DNA of 63,054 nt, the filler included, from Asterionella formosa (taxonomy: Eukaryota), in NCBI GenBank assembly GCA_002256025.1. It is 23 parts of 23 records of this genome, joined end to end, with 100 filler letters (N's around TTAATTAATTAA, not from the genome) between each part and the next. Parts side by side here need not be neighbours in the genome. Positions count along the whole stretch, not along the records: positions 1 to 1,585 come from NKIB01001852.1; positions 1,686 to 3,269 come from NKIB01001853.1; positions 3,370 to 4,953 come from NKIB01001854.1; positions 5,054 to 6,642 come from NKIB01001855.1; positions 6,743 to 8,326 come from NKIB01001856.1; positions 8,427 to 10,010 come from NKIB01001857.1; positions 10,111 to 11,694 come from NKIB01001858.1; 16 more parts are not named here. One strand, written 5' to 3'. Shown one piece after another: positions 1 to 11,794 of the stretch (position 1 is its first letter; each line of letters begins with the position of its first letter). The translations under genes and the position numbers were made by a program. The notes beneath the pieces are model-generated. The model was not told the origin of the DNA. It saw only the letters and a program-made list of their open reading frames with translations, and ran no database searches.

Positions 1-351
1 ATGTACATTATTCAATATTACGTATCATACTTCGGTGATGTATGCATCGATGTAACCTTATGATGATATCACAGTATCATCTTATCAATCATGATGAGAT
101 GATTGGGAAGCAACTGTATTCTGCATCGTGCTACAGGGTATATTATTATATCACGCAATTTAGTAGCAAAGTCACTCCGCCTGTAATGTACTAAAGTCGA
201 CAGTGCACATACCGGGTACCGGTACTCAAACGCTCATCAGGTTTGAGGCAATGGACAGTGGTTCGAACGAGCGAATGATGATACGGTACCAATTTTTCCA
301 ACGAAAGAACTTGGCTCTCTATTGATGAGGATGACACGGACACCGACTTTT
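1..351 (-). repeat. Interspersed repeat segment X; inverted copy at about 50066-50407
   Basis: Aligns by eye with the reverse complement of 50066-50407, with scattered mismatches and small indels. Confidence 0.9.
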
Positions 352-567
352 TATTTGCAGACGCAAGGAACGATTTTCTTGATTTCGGAAGGCTTCCGGG
401 CATGGTCGAGAACTGATTTATTGGAGACCCTGTCGTACACATTGACCAACGCTTGCTTTGGCCTTCGTGTAGCATACAACGTTCATACATATAGCTACCG
501 GTAGCTAATATATATATTAATAGAAATAACTAGTACTGCTGTGTTGTGTGCATGCATATCTAGAATC

Positions 568-1585
568 TCAAAATGAGAAAAAAGATTGCCAAGTATGCTG
601 AGGTTTAACTTGTAATACCGACCCAGGTATTCCTCCAATATTAGGGACAACAACAGCAGGAGCAGAAATACAATCGACTGTAACAAACATGAGCTGTTTT
701 CTCTTTCCTGATTCATAACCCATCAGGTGAGCTATCTCAAACATTTTAGAACGACGGCTATTAAATAAACTCTCACTTGGATCCTTACATGAGTTCACAA
801 TTGCAAAGATTCCAGTTGTTTCGTTGCGGAGTGATGCACACAATCGTGGATCAGTAAAATCAAATTCAGGCCCAAGCAATACAAAACCAAAGATTTTCCC
901 CAACACTATGTAAGGTATACCACTTTCCTCGTCTATCCATTTGAAGTCGGCCCAATCATACCAAGACCCCTGTCCCAAATAATTGGGATGGGCATGGAAA
1001 GTATTTCCATCTCGTTTGTGTTCACACAGGACCTCAATTGACTTTTTGGTTATGAAGGGATGCACTTCCTTTCCTAGAAATCGAATTAAATCAATGTCAA
1101 CTCCTGATGTCTTTATAGTCGCCGAATTGGAAGTGACAGATGCAATAGCGAATCCACCATTATTTTCCTGTAACTTTAAGATAAAGCGTGCACCACCTGT
1201 AGATGTGCTTATACTGTCAGTCCCAGTGCTTGGTGTTTCATTAGTAGAACCATCATCGGCGAGCGAATCTGTATCGTCATGTTCAAAAGGATCTTTTCCC
1301 AAAAATTCCCGACATGCAACACCTATGGCAATGTTTTCGATAATTCGTTGTCCAGATTGAAGGTCCATTAGGTGATGTCGTTTTTGAGATGTTTTAGCTG
1401 GTAACTTGCAAAGGAATTTTAAATTTTTTTCCATTGGTCCACCATTGAAAACTTGCGGACTGCCAAACCGTTCGATATTTCGGACAGTATGCATCTGCTG
1501 ATGAAACTTTGTCATTTTCCAGCCTTGCTCTGTCGTTTCTCTTGGGAAAATCTTGACTAATTTTGTGTAGTACTTGACAATGGAT
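568..1585 (-). mobile_element. C-terminal part of a Plavaka/CMC(EnSpm)-like transposase, 5'-truncated by the contig end
   Basis: Motifs GWKMTKFHQQMHTVRNIERFGSPQVFNGGPMEKNLK and FHAHPNYLGQGSWYDWA match the KxHxxxH...FG...ExxxK and AHPxYxG..WYDWA blocks of Plavaka/EnSpm-like proteins. Confidence 0.65.
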
Positions 1586-1685
1586 NNNNNNNNNNNNNNN
1601 NNNNNNNNNNNNNNNNNNNNNNNNNNNNNTTAATTAATTAANNNNNNNNNNNNNNNNNNNNNNNNNNNNNNNNNNNNNNNNNNNN
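1586..1685. other. Artificial contig spacer, first of 22. The others start at 3270, 4954, 6643, 8327, 10011, 11695, 37861, 39544, 41227, 42909, 44591, 46272, 47938, 49619, 51300, 52980, 54660, 56340, 58019, 59698 and 61377.
   Basis: 100-nt blocks of N around TTAATTAATTAA, which has stops in all six frames. Sequences on either side are unrelated. Confidence 0.99.
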
Positions 1686-2229
1686 TGAACATATTTATTG
1701 CGTTTGACTCCTTTCTTTTGCTTGTTGTCTTTTACAGTATGATGGCGAAACAAGAACCGATATGTCAAGAAAGAAATGCAAAAGTAAAAAGCAAAATGTA
1801 AAGAACAAAGAAAAAATAGATTTTTGGATAAAATGCAAAGCAAAGTAGTTTACTTGCAGTTGCTTTTAGTGATGGATCTGCTGACGCAATGAATGGTCGG
1901 GTCGGCGTGCGCGATGCATGCATAAGGATTTCTAGCTATACACAGGACACAGTAGTGAGCATAGCTATCCGTAATGGGCGCGCTCTGATAAAAAATAAAA
2001 AATATCCTATTATGTGTGTACTATTATAACACAAAATATTTTGGTGATTTGCTACATAAAATCCTACACCACGCACTACAGCATCCATGATTGCTTCTTG
2101 AGTCCATTCTGGACTTTGTTCAACAGCAAGCATGATGATGCTCTGATTACCTTGTGTGTTCCAACCTTAGCAAGGAAGAGATTCCTTCCACTAGTACAGC
2201 ATCTTGGCCATCACCCACCAGCAATGCCC

Positions 2230-2760
2230 TCATTACTTGCTGGGGTGACTAGTATGTGAAACTTTGCAACAAGCAATGTGGCGTGGTCTAGTATTGTTCC
2301 ACTACTATTGACAGGTATCAGATGCTCTTTCAGGAATTGAACTACAGGAGAAAATTCTTTCATGGAACAGAACTTACTTACACATGTACATGTTGGGGGT
2401 TAAAAGTGAGATGAATACTAGAATTCCACTCTTGGAAGAGTTGGCCTAGTATATTACGCCGGAGGGGTGGATCAACAATTGCATTTTAGTGATAATGTGT
2501 TGGACACCATGAAACATGGAAATAGGCGGGTTCGAGTTACTCTAGAGAGTAACTCCAATCTTTTTCATGATGCTGATGATATCTCTTTTGATATAGATGC
2601 AGTGATTGGACACAATGCTGGAATTGGGTCCTATTACTCTTGGTTGTACACCCCCTCATGATGGTAATTTCCTGCAACATCCCGTTTGCCTTTAGTGCTG
2701 ACTACACCAGGAATACAGTTTGACACCATTGAGATTGAACTATTCCTCACACTATTACAA
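2230..2760 (+). pseudogene. Degenerate MSS51 C-terminal-domain-like (MYND-associated) gene fragment
   Basis: Frameshifted pieces LHMYMLGVKSEMNTRIPLLEELA, DAVIGHNAGIGSYYSW and LPLVLTT resemble the HxxG..E...EEL, xNAG..Y.SW and PxxxT blocks of that family. Confidence 0.3.
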
Positions 2761-4304
2761 ATTGGAATAATGATCCCATTGCAAAACTGTTCAACTTGTC
2801 TTTCATTCAGAATTCTCCAATGGATATTTCACTTCTCTCAACCCCTTTCATGGTATTGTTGGAGATGATATTGCCGCAATTTTAATACCCAACCTGAGCA
2901 ATGGCTATCTACTTGTAGGAACAAGTAGGAAGGGGCAACCAATAAGAATGAGTAATGCAAGATCATGCTGGTTTTTGCTGAACAACCACTTACATATATA
3001 TATATATACCTTTACTTCAGCATCCATTGGATACTTGAATCTTATGAACTTCATGTTAGTACACAAACTCAACATCAATTTTTTAGGTTCTACTTCCCAC
3101 TATACATACAGCCAGCAAACATACCATCCAATACTTTCAATCATAGTAGCTGCTGGCTACTCAGGTACAAAGGATCAATTGATGATGAACCTGCGAGCAA
3201 GTGATAGTGACTACCATATACTTATTGAAGTTTCTCTTGCATGGTGCCAATCCTTAAAGATCCCACTACNNNNNNNNNNNNNNNNNNNNNNNNNNNNNNN
3301 NNNNNNNNNNNNNTTAATTAATTAANNNNNNNNNNNNNNNNNNNNNNNNNNNNNNNNNNNNNNNNNNNNGTAGCAAACAAGAGGGCGTTGGAGAGAAATA
3401 TGCCAACGCCAAGCGGCAACCTAATTGAAAGGACCTTATCGGAAATTTGTTGACTGTGTAGTTAACAACAGATGAGGGGTGTGAGCGATGTGTTTTCCTT
3501 ATTATGCCGAGAAATGAGTGTTTTGATGACGGATCCTTCGCTCATGCCTGCATCATGCACTGGTCAAAGGTACCAGGTACCATGGTACCTGGTTCCTACC
3601 AGGTACCACCAAGTACCTTGTCTGTCAAGAAGACACACACTGTCGTTACTACAGGTTGTACCTGGTCTGGTACCTGGTACCTGGTACTCCGGAGTACTTC
3701 TTACTATCGTATGCTGTAGAAGATGGGAGTGTGACTCCCGATGATGTGTTGTTGTGTTCCAATTTTGTTGAGGTTTCTTCATTTTGCTAAACGCAAATTG
3801 CCCTCATACTTCACGTAGGCAGACTTTTAGTATAATAGAGGAATGGTAATACTATCATATTTAAATCATAGGAGTACGAAAATACATAGCTGGTGCCAGC
3901 TACTCCTGCAAGTTGCGGTATGTAGTTGGGGTGAAATGAAAAAATTAGATATCTTTATCCGATATTAAAGTTTTTATTTACAGAAAGCCAAATGACCGCA
4001 ATGCTGGTACCCTCTTGGTACCAGGCAGTGTACCGGGACTTTTCCCAAAACGGGATGAAACTGGAAAAACTATTCGTAAATTCAACTGCCCATTGGCATT
4101 TGCACCACCATTGCACCACAATTGCACCACTTTACTTAGAGTAACCTGAATTGCACCAGACTATATCAAATCCGTGCAACCATATAAATATACATAACTG
4201 TATAGGAATACATGTGATCCTCAAAATTACAGCCCGCCAACATTTGATGAATAATTTGTTCACTTAACTTGCCAATTTCGCATCCATATACTTGAATTGT
4301 CAGA

Positions 4305-4953
4305 ATGAGTAAGAATAATACACGCAGTGAGACTAAAAAGCTTGCCAATCTACCTCGGGATGTCTTATATGCCAAGGATATACCAGCAGATATTGAAGAT
4401 AAAGTAGCCCAAGGAATTCTGAATGCTTTGGACAAATTTAAAAAGACACCTGTTGACCAACGTTTGGCGAAATTGACTGGTACAAGTGCACTCCGGTATC
4501 CTACAGAGCTAAGCTATGAGGTTCACTTTCGTGGTCTTACAAAATTCTTCAAGTTGATTGGTGATTATGAGTCACTGTTGATGCTTAGGGACAAATGTCC
4601 TGCAAACTGTCCATCGATGATGGTAGAATCCCTTGTAATGTATGTATGGTGGAAATACAACGCATCAAGTATGACATTATTGGATCTTGGTGGAAAGGAA
4701 GTTTATGATGTCATGGGGCATCTTATAAAATGTCGTGGGGATTGGAATGCCCCTGAAAAGCGTAAGGGATTTTGTACTGCAGTATGGTGCATTCATAAGG
4801 CTCACAATCAAACTGGTAACTACATACAGGCTTGTCAAGACTGTCGTGATATGCCCTTTGATGAGTGGTATAAGGGATGCAGTACCCACAAGGGTCATCC
4901 TGCTCTACTTAGATCTGGTAATCCTGCATATAATTCGGTCTTTACAGATTGTT
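4305..4953 (+). mobile_element. N-terminal part of a Crypton-like tyrosine-recombinase ORF, 3'-truncated
   Basis: Uninterrupted ORF of about 216 codons with SYEVHFRGLTKFFKLIGDYESLL, a Cys/His cluster (CQDC...GCSTHKG) and GNP. Resembles the core-binding region of stramenopile Crypton-type recombinases. The catalytic domain is not on this contig. Confidence 0.5.
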
Positions 4954-5699
4954 NNNNNNNNNNNNNNNNNNNNNNNNNNNNNNNNNNNNNNNNNNNNTTA
5001 ATTAATTAANNNNNNNNNNNNNNNNNNNNNNNNNNNNNNNNNNNNNNNNNNNNAATCTATTTTCGATCGCCTGGTTGAGCTGGGCTTGAAAAAATGATTA
5101 TGTGAGCCCTGTATGTCATTGTGAACCTTTCTAGTCACCTATTCAGAGTACCCATGATGTGCAAGACATCGGGGATTATAGTCCACTCTTAGTTTATTTA
5201 TTTCAAGTTCAATGCTGACTTTGAGACTGACTAAGTATATATTACTCATGAACTCCTGGTTACTAGAGTATAAGTTCTACTTTCTTTGTAGAGGTGACCG
5301 TTTAACCATACTAAGGAAATCACTGTATGATATCCTCCTTCGAAATCAAACATTGTAGTAAGTGTTCTGAAATGTGTGGTTATGCCTTTTACTAGGCTAA
5401 ATGCTAGTAGAACATGTCTATAGCTGATGAATCATATATCTGGGCGGGGTTGGTTTACATAGCCACACTAGCTATCCCTATAGGTCAGATCCATTCTTGA
5501 GCTAGCTAAAGTTCTACTTTAGTAGAGCTTTTGGAATAGTCAACATTTGCTATGTTTGTTGTAACTATTTAAATAGCCTTATGTGTACGCTACCCAGCCA
5601 AGCAATGTACCATAGGTCCATGTCACACAGCTTGCTCTAGGAACCAACAAACCAACAATCAAGCAGGTATTGCGGACAAAAAAAGCAAACATGGATGTG

Positions 5700-6040
5700 G
5701 ATCCTGATAATGAAAGAAACCTTCCAAGGCACCAAAACTATATTTGTTCTTTGGCAAGAATGGGAAGTTGGAATCACCGAACAAAAAACCAGAAAGGCTA
5801 CTTTTTACAAGCAGCAGGGCAGGGAGGATGAGGAAATATGCATCTACTATCAGCAGGCGCAAGGTTGTCTGGGATGCAGTGGCGACTCTAGCTAGTTTGA
5901 GTGGGTAGATGGCACATCTAGCCCTGTATTAAATCTATGAGACATATGGTTTGGATAAGATTGTTACTTACATTCTCGTCAACCAAATGTTGAAAGGTTG
6001 CAGTGGTGGGCATCCACAACTACAGCCGTGTTAAGCTAGA
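5700..6040 (+). mobile_element. Degenerate C-terminal (GCR1_C-like) DNA-binding domain of a Crypton-like element
   Basis: Frameshifted pieces PKTIFVLWQEWEVGI, RRKVVWDAVATL and IYETYGLDKIVTYIL. Confidence 0.55.
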
Positions 6041-6511
6041 TAAATGCGTATACTACTAAATAACAAAATAAATACTTAATAAATGAAATTCAAATTTCAT
6101 TTTCAATGTACTGTACCTTGTTATTTCATTGCCTGCTTCTTACCTGGTATAAATACCAGACCAGTTGAATCAGCATTAGACACAACGAAGCTAGCAAAAT
6201 CCGGCAACACCAGGTGCTGGTACCTGGTACATACCGTAGTACCAGGTTCCTGGTACCAGGGTACCAGGTACTTCATGCATTGTAACAGCATCGCCCCTGG
6301 TAACACTGGTACCTGGTACCAGCACGGTGGCACCCCCCCCCACTCATACACAGTGCATGCTTTGTACGTGCATCATGATAGTTAACTAGTGCACTAGCTT
6401 TCACTACGGCAAAAAATGGTAGTATTGGGGGTAGAATTAATTGTCAATACTAGCACAGTATTGACAACATTTTACCGTGGTAAAATTAGGTACTGACCTC
6501 CAAGAATTTCT

Positions 6512-6578
6512 ACCCGGTTGCATTGGCGGTTGAATTTTTCCTCTTCTTTTGGTTGAATTTTCAACTCAGATTAGTCGT
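6512..6578 (+). repeat. Dispersed repeat; second copy at 42644-42710
   Basis: ACCCGGTTGCATTG(G/A)CGGTTGA...TTTTGGTTGAA..TCAACTC.GATTAGTCGT is shared between the two contigs. Confidence 0.8.
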
Positions 6579-6767
6579 ATATTGTTGTAACCTCTTGGGA
6601 AATTCAACCGCTCCACCATCATAAATCAATCTTATTTGTCCANNNNNNNNNNNNNNNNNNNNNNNNNNNNNNNNNNNNNNNNNNNNTTAATTAATTAANN
6701 NNNNNNNNNNNNNNNNNNNNNNNNNNNNNNNNNNNNNNNNNNAAGAGTAGCTACAACCAAATATAAT

Positions 6768-7440
6768 TTAACTCAAATTTTTGTCTGCACATCCTATTAA
6801 ATCCTTCCTGAATTTTTCCAATGTGAGCCCACTTAAATCCATGTCCTTCATGTAAATGTTTGCTAGTCGAAGCTTCTTGCCTAACTCTGATGAATCAACA
6901 AGGAGTAATGCCAGTTCTTCTGTTGTGTCAAAAAAAAGGGGGTAGGAATTGCCAAGGTATTCTTCAGTACTGTCGATTCGCCGAATTAGCATGGGAATCT
7001 GAAGGCCAATGGCTTCTTCAAGGATGGCATTGTTGGCAGTAGCAGCCCATAAATCAACAATTTTGATGTTCTGCTTAAGGAGTCTGGCATAATCTGAAAA
7101 TGAATGGGAATATATAACTTCAACTAAGGGATCAGATTCACATTTAGCGATACCAAGCTCTTTCTCAACCTTCCCTTTAAGAATATCGAATTCAGTGGTA
7201 TTTAACTTGTACCCTGGGAGCCAAAGCTTCTTCCTACTCGTTTTCAATTGATGTATGGTAGCTAGTCTTCGATATTGTTGTCCCAAGAACAGGACACCTG
7301 CGCTTCGATTTTGAACTAACACCTCTAGATCAACATCTGACATAAATGGCTCAACACCTTCAGTCGTAATGGGGTGGTGAAGAGCACACACATGTATTTT
7401 AGGTACCTCAGGAAGTTATCTATCCAAAAATTCTTGGACG
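6768..7440 (-). pseudogene. Glycosyltransferase-like (GT-B/GT4-like) gene, 5'-truncated, with an in-frame stop near 7417
   Basis: Motifs LHHP, VLFLGQQYRRL, KKLWLPG and YARLLKQNIKIVDLWAATANNAILE...IPMLIRR...EEYLGNSYPLFF. The upstream frame reads NVQEFLDR*LPEVPKIHV. Confidence 0.6.
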
Positions 7441-7922
7441 TTTCAGGCAGCATTCTTACTGAAACACACTATTCCTTAACAAATTCCCGCTCCAGCTATC
7501 GTCTTGCCATTCGGGTACTTCTAAGTAATTTTTAGTCTCTAAGTAATTTCTTAAGTAATTTTTATTTAAGGGCAATATGGGGCACATCGAATTTTTCGGG
7601 AATAAAATTGCCGATTTTAGCATGACAACCAAAATAACGGTAATATGCATGGAGATGGTACAACAAGTGTAAAACACACGAGAATGATTGTAACATGCAA
7701 CATCAATGAAAATTGAACATGATGTTTGGAGCAACCAAAGTATGAAATGCGATGTAATAAGTAGCATCAAATGAGAAATAGAAAAAATTGTTTTGGGTTA
7801 GAAATGAAATAAAAAAATAAGAGTTCCAATGGAGACGTATGCATTGTGAATCATTGTAGTACTTACACACGAGGCAACATTCACTTTCCATCACCACACA
7901 ATCGAAGACCAAAATAAGAAGG

Positions 7923-8326
7923 GAAAAGCTGAACCCAATCTTGACCTACATCATTATGTAGCGTAAATGGTCTGGTTTCTGCAACCATGCGCATCGCTGT
8001 AGTAGCCTGACACCAGTAGCAGTATTTCCGCCACAGTCATTCCTCTCCGCTGCCCACCAAACAAGCAACCCTGATCATTCCATTCTGAGCAACTGTGATC
8101 GCCACGCTGCTCCAGAACTATTGACTCTCTCTAGCTGAGTATTCTTCATGTAGCTTCTGATACGAACTCGTAGTAGAAATGTAGCAAAGCGCGTTAGTAC
8201 AAGAAAAGCATTGCTTGGCGGCAATATTGACATCATTGTCAACGACTATACAAATCAACAAATACGATCAACAACGGCACAATACCACATCTTCAATGAG
8301 TAGTCATTGATAAATGCATTGGTTCT
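7923..8326 (-). repeat. Near-identical inverted copy of 37457-37860, end to end between two contigs
   Basis: The 404-nt contig end matches the reverse complement of the long contig's end with only a handful of substitutions. Confidence 0.95.
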
Positions 8327-8426
8327 NNNNNNNNNNNNNNNNNNNNNNNNNNNNNNNNNNNNNNNNNNNNTTAATTAATTAANNNNNNNNNNNNNNNNNN
8401 NNNNNNNNNNNNNNNNNNNNNNNNNN

Positions 8427-9750
8427 CACTTGATTGATTATCCAATAGTATCCAGTCACGCATCTCAGATGCTTGGTAAAATTGTAGTTTCATATGAGCT
8501 CCCGTCCATCCAAATTGATTGGCATTTGCTTGTTGTGAAGCTTGTGATGACGGCGGGTTGTTGGAATTAACAGAGGTAACTGTACTCGTGTCGGATGTAT
8601 TAGTAGCCTGTGCCTGTGCATGGCTTTGAGCCTTGTTGATAGCCCATTCCTCTTTGGGTTTATTCTTGTCTCGGCACGAAGGGGATTTGTGACCTGCTTT
8701 TCCGCAGCAGTAACATTTTCCTTCTAACTGTGCAAACGATAAGTTCACATCTTCGTCTTCCCTGCCTGCATCCTTCTGTTTCCTCTCTTTATCATTATCT
8801 CCTGGTTTCTTGTAGACGGATTTATTTGTTACGTCAAACCGATGGTTGCTGAGAACATTATTTGATTCGGTGATGGTCTTCGGGTATTGATCGTTGCCAA
8901 GTGATTGTTGAGTGTTCAGCCCGGTCATAATTGAACCGTATTTAGCTTTATCGGCATTATCGAGATATAAATATGCCATAAATTGACTGAAAGCTTGTTC
9001 GCGAAATTTATCTTGTTGTTTGATGTCATTCTCATTGTATCCATCCATGGCTTCAACGAACTTGGTGAGGATAATGGGTCCTCCCATGTGTGACTTGAGC
9101 ACATCACGTGCCACACGGAATCTCTTGGTGTAGTCTTGTAGACTTTCTCCTTCTTTCTGCTTTGTAAATAAAAGCGTTTTCATCGCATCTAAAATGATCG
9201 ACATAGAATATCGATTTTCTTGAAAATTTAGTGCGTGTTCTTTAATTGCCATAAGCAATGTTATTGGGTTATTTTTGATCCTATTATAATCGGATCTTGC
9301 TTCAATCTTGTTCTTCATGGCTTTGTTGCATCTTTCCCAGAGCAACGCATATGCCTTGGTATTATTATTTTCGTAGGCCTGTACCCTTTTACTGTAGGTG
9401 TCATAGTCAGCTTTGAACTCAATCTCATATTGTCGATTCTCTGCAGCGCGATCTTCTTCTGTTGTTGCAATGCTCACTTGCATTCTTGGCTTCCATGCCA
9501 ATGTGCTCATTGGTTCTAATAACTCGAGCGCAGTTCCTATGTCGTTGCCATAGTCGAACACTTTCTTGATATGATTGATGAGGTACTCAGTAGTAGTCTC
9601 ATAATCAGATGCCAGCTTCGATGATCCGAGGTAGTAGTTATAGTCATTGACTGACTTCTTGATTGATTGAGAAGCAATATTGCTCCCTCCCTTGGCTTGA
9701 AACTTGCCCTTGGCTTGAGCCTTCTTGGTAAACTTTCCTTTGCCACTCAT
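8427..9750 (-). mobile_element. Diatom-type Ty1/copia (CoDi-like) retrotransposon gag and start of protease, 3'-truncated
   Basis: Gag-like QKEGESLQDYTKRF, zinc knuckle CYCCGKAGHKSPSC and protease WILLDNQSS; the frame is open to the contig end. Confidence 0.85.
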
Positions 9751-10980
9751 GATGCGCCTTGTGCGACTTCTTCAGACTCTGGATGGTCTGGTACCCTCAG
9801 ATCTTGTCTCTGGACTCTCAATTGTCCGCTTGTTGTTGATTGTGGTATCACGGCTCTTCCTGGCCGGCTAATTCTATTAAAACTGTTGAAATTGCGTCCC
9901 GAAGCACTCTATGCTTTCTTGTATCCTGTAAGGACACGTCAGGGACCAAATAGGCTGTAGATATAACAACGATGTCTCCGTGATCGATTGTAATCGTTCC
10001 TAAGAGTTTTNNNNNNNNNNNNNNNNNNNNNNNNNNNNNNNNNNNNNNNNNNNNTTAATTAATTAANNNNNNNNNNNNNNNNNNNNNNNNNNNNNNNNNN
10101 NNNNNNNNNNGCAAGTGTGTATGAAAGATATCAGTGTGAATGTTTTTGTAAATGTATTGTCTGCACCAATTGAACTGAACAAAACTACTGAATGAAGAAC
10201 AAAAACTACCAAAATTACCAAAACAACAAAAACAACAACATGAAATTCTATCAAGTTCGGTTTGCTCGCTGTGAAATGTTTCCTTAGAAGACACACTCGA
10301 TCGTTCAAGTAACAACTGGTTTGGGACCCAGTAACCCCTACGGAGGTACGCCCTCGAGTTCAATTGTCTTCTTCTGGTCTCATCTCACAACAGGTAGACC
10401 GTTCTAACAAACCAAATGAGGCGGCGAATTACAACAATTTATTATTATAGAGCTAAAGTCTTATGAAGCTTTTCTTTTCGTGGATGACTATTTTGTATTA
10501 TAGCAGGAGGCATAACCTTTTTTTCGGTTATGATATGACAATAACTTTGTCTTATAGAAGCTATAGAACGATTGGAGTTATTTCATTTCATTTCATTTTA
10601 TCGGTATCGGTATCGGTAGTCTTGAACGAGAGCATCATCATTGGGTTTTAGGGTTTTAGACAACGAATAAAGTGAACAACACTTGTTGCGATTCAAGACC
10701 TTAGCGACCGTAACTGATTTAAAAACTGGGCACCAACAGGCTTAGTGGCAGGCAACAGGCAACAGTTTCTCACCCGCCGTACCGTGATCTCCCAGGGAAC
10801 CAACGTATAAATTAAATGTTTTCAATAAGAGGGAAAAATCCCCGAAGGCTCTTTTCCAACCAGACATGAGTTTGTTTATGTCAACGTAATCTCCAGAGTT
10901 CAATGAATCGAGCATGCTTGCCACACCGGACCAGGCGTACAAGTATCGAATAGGCTTTTGATCGGGTAGAAAAGAAAAGA

Positions 10981-11066
10981 AATCAGATGAAATCAGATGA
11001 GATCAGATGAGATGAAATGAGATCAAATCAGATGAAATGAGACCAAATCAGATCAGATCTGATCTC
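10981..11066. repeat. Degenerate pentamer microsatellite (AGATG/AAATC/AGATC)n
   Basis: aatcagatgaaatcagatgagatcagatgagatgaaatgagatcaaatcagatg... Confidence 0.9.
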
Positions 11067-11455
11067 ACGAAATAATCATCTCGTAATTAAAATCAAAAAT
11101 CATCCAATGTTCCAACTTTGAATTACATATTTGTTGAACAGTTGTTGATAGGAGGCACAGTCCTTGGACACTTCGCTACCCGATGATGGAAATATAATGG
11201 AACCATTTTGATGCAGACAATGGACAGTGGATTGTGTGGACACAAAATATCGAGAACTCTCATGGAAGCTTTTTTGCAGAGCTGATGTGACCGCGGGTGA
11301 CCGCACGCTCGCGTATTCGACTTTGGTATACTACCAGGTACCGGTAGCATCAGAGCAGCTTCTGTCAAGTCGACAGGACAAGGAGGAGGAGTTAGCGCAG
11401 CAATTTGAGTGAATCGAAGAATTCATGGAAGGATTCAGACTTGTCATTGTATCGT

Positions 11456-11509
11456 GCATCGAGCATCGAGCATCGAGCATCGAGCATCGAGCATCGAGCA
11501 TCGAGCATC
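11456..11509. repeat. Perfect heptamer tandem repeat (GCATCGA), about 7.7 units
   Basis: Read directly from the sequence. Confidence 0.97.
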
Positions 11510-11794
11510 TTTTGCTGGTTCAATTTGTCACACCCCGCCGCCATCAAAAGCGCCCTGTGGCTGTGGATTTTATGCGCAATTTCAAGTGCGAATGTTGTGC
11601 AAAAAAGAGTTAAGAGCGAATTCAGGGGAATTCGTCCCTTGACGACCAACAACTTACCGGTACTCCGAGTCCACCATTGTCTGCTGCTGGTACCNNNNNN
11701 NNNNNNNNNNNNNNNNNNNNNNNNNNNNNNNNNNNNNNTTAATTAATTAANNNNNNNNNNNNNNNNNNNNNNNNNNNNNNNNNNNNNNNNNNNN

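Noticed and set aside
1634..1843. ORF-track entries ending in X-runs plus LIN or N, here and at other spacers
   Set aside because: They are translations into the artificial spacer, so their ends are not biological.
3472..3782. VPGTWY/YQVP-rich ORFs (also 6083-6385, 30013-30612, 33895-34449, 42641-42960)
   Set aside because: Translations of the non-coding GGTACC(A/T) clusters.
4305..6040. Crypton N-terminal and C-terminal pieces on neighbouring contigs read as one element
   Set aside because: They are separated by an artificial spacer, contigs appear ordered by size or name, and one piece is intact while the other is heavily decayed. Adjacency is not evidence of linkage.
11392..11746. Overlapping ORFs with ASSIEHR or MLDARCS repeats
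   Set aside because: By-product of the stop-free (GCATCGA)n repeat.
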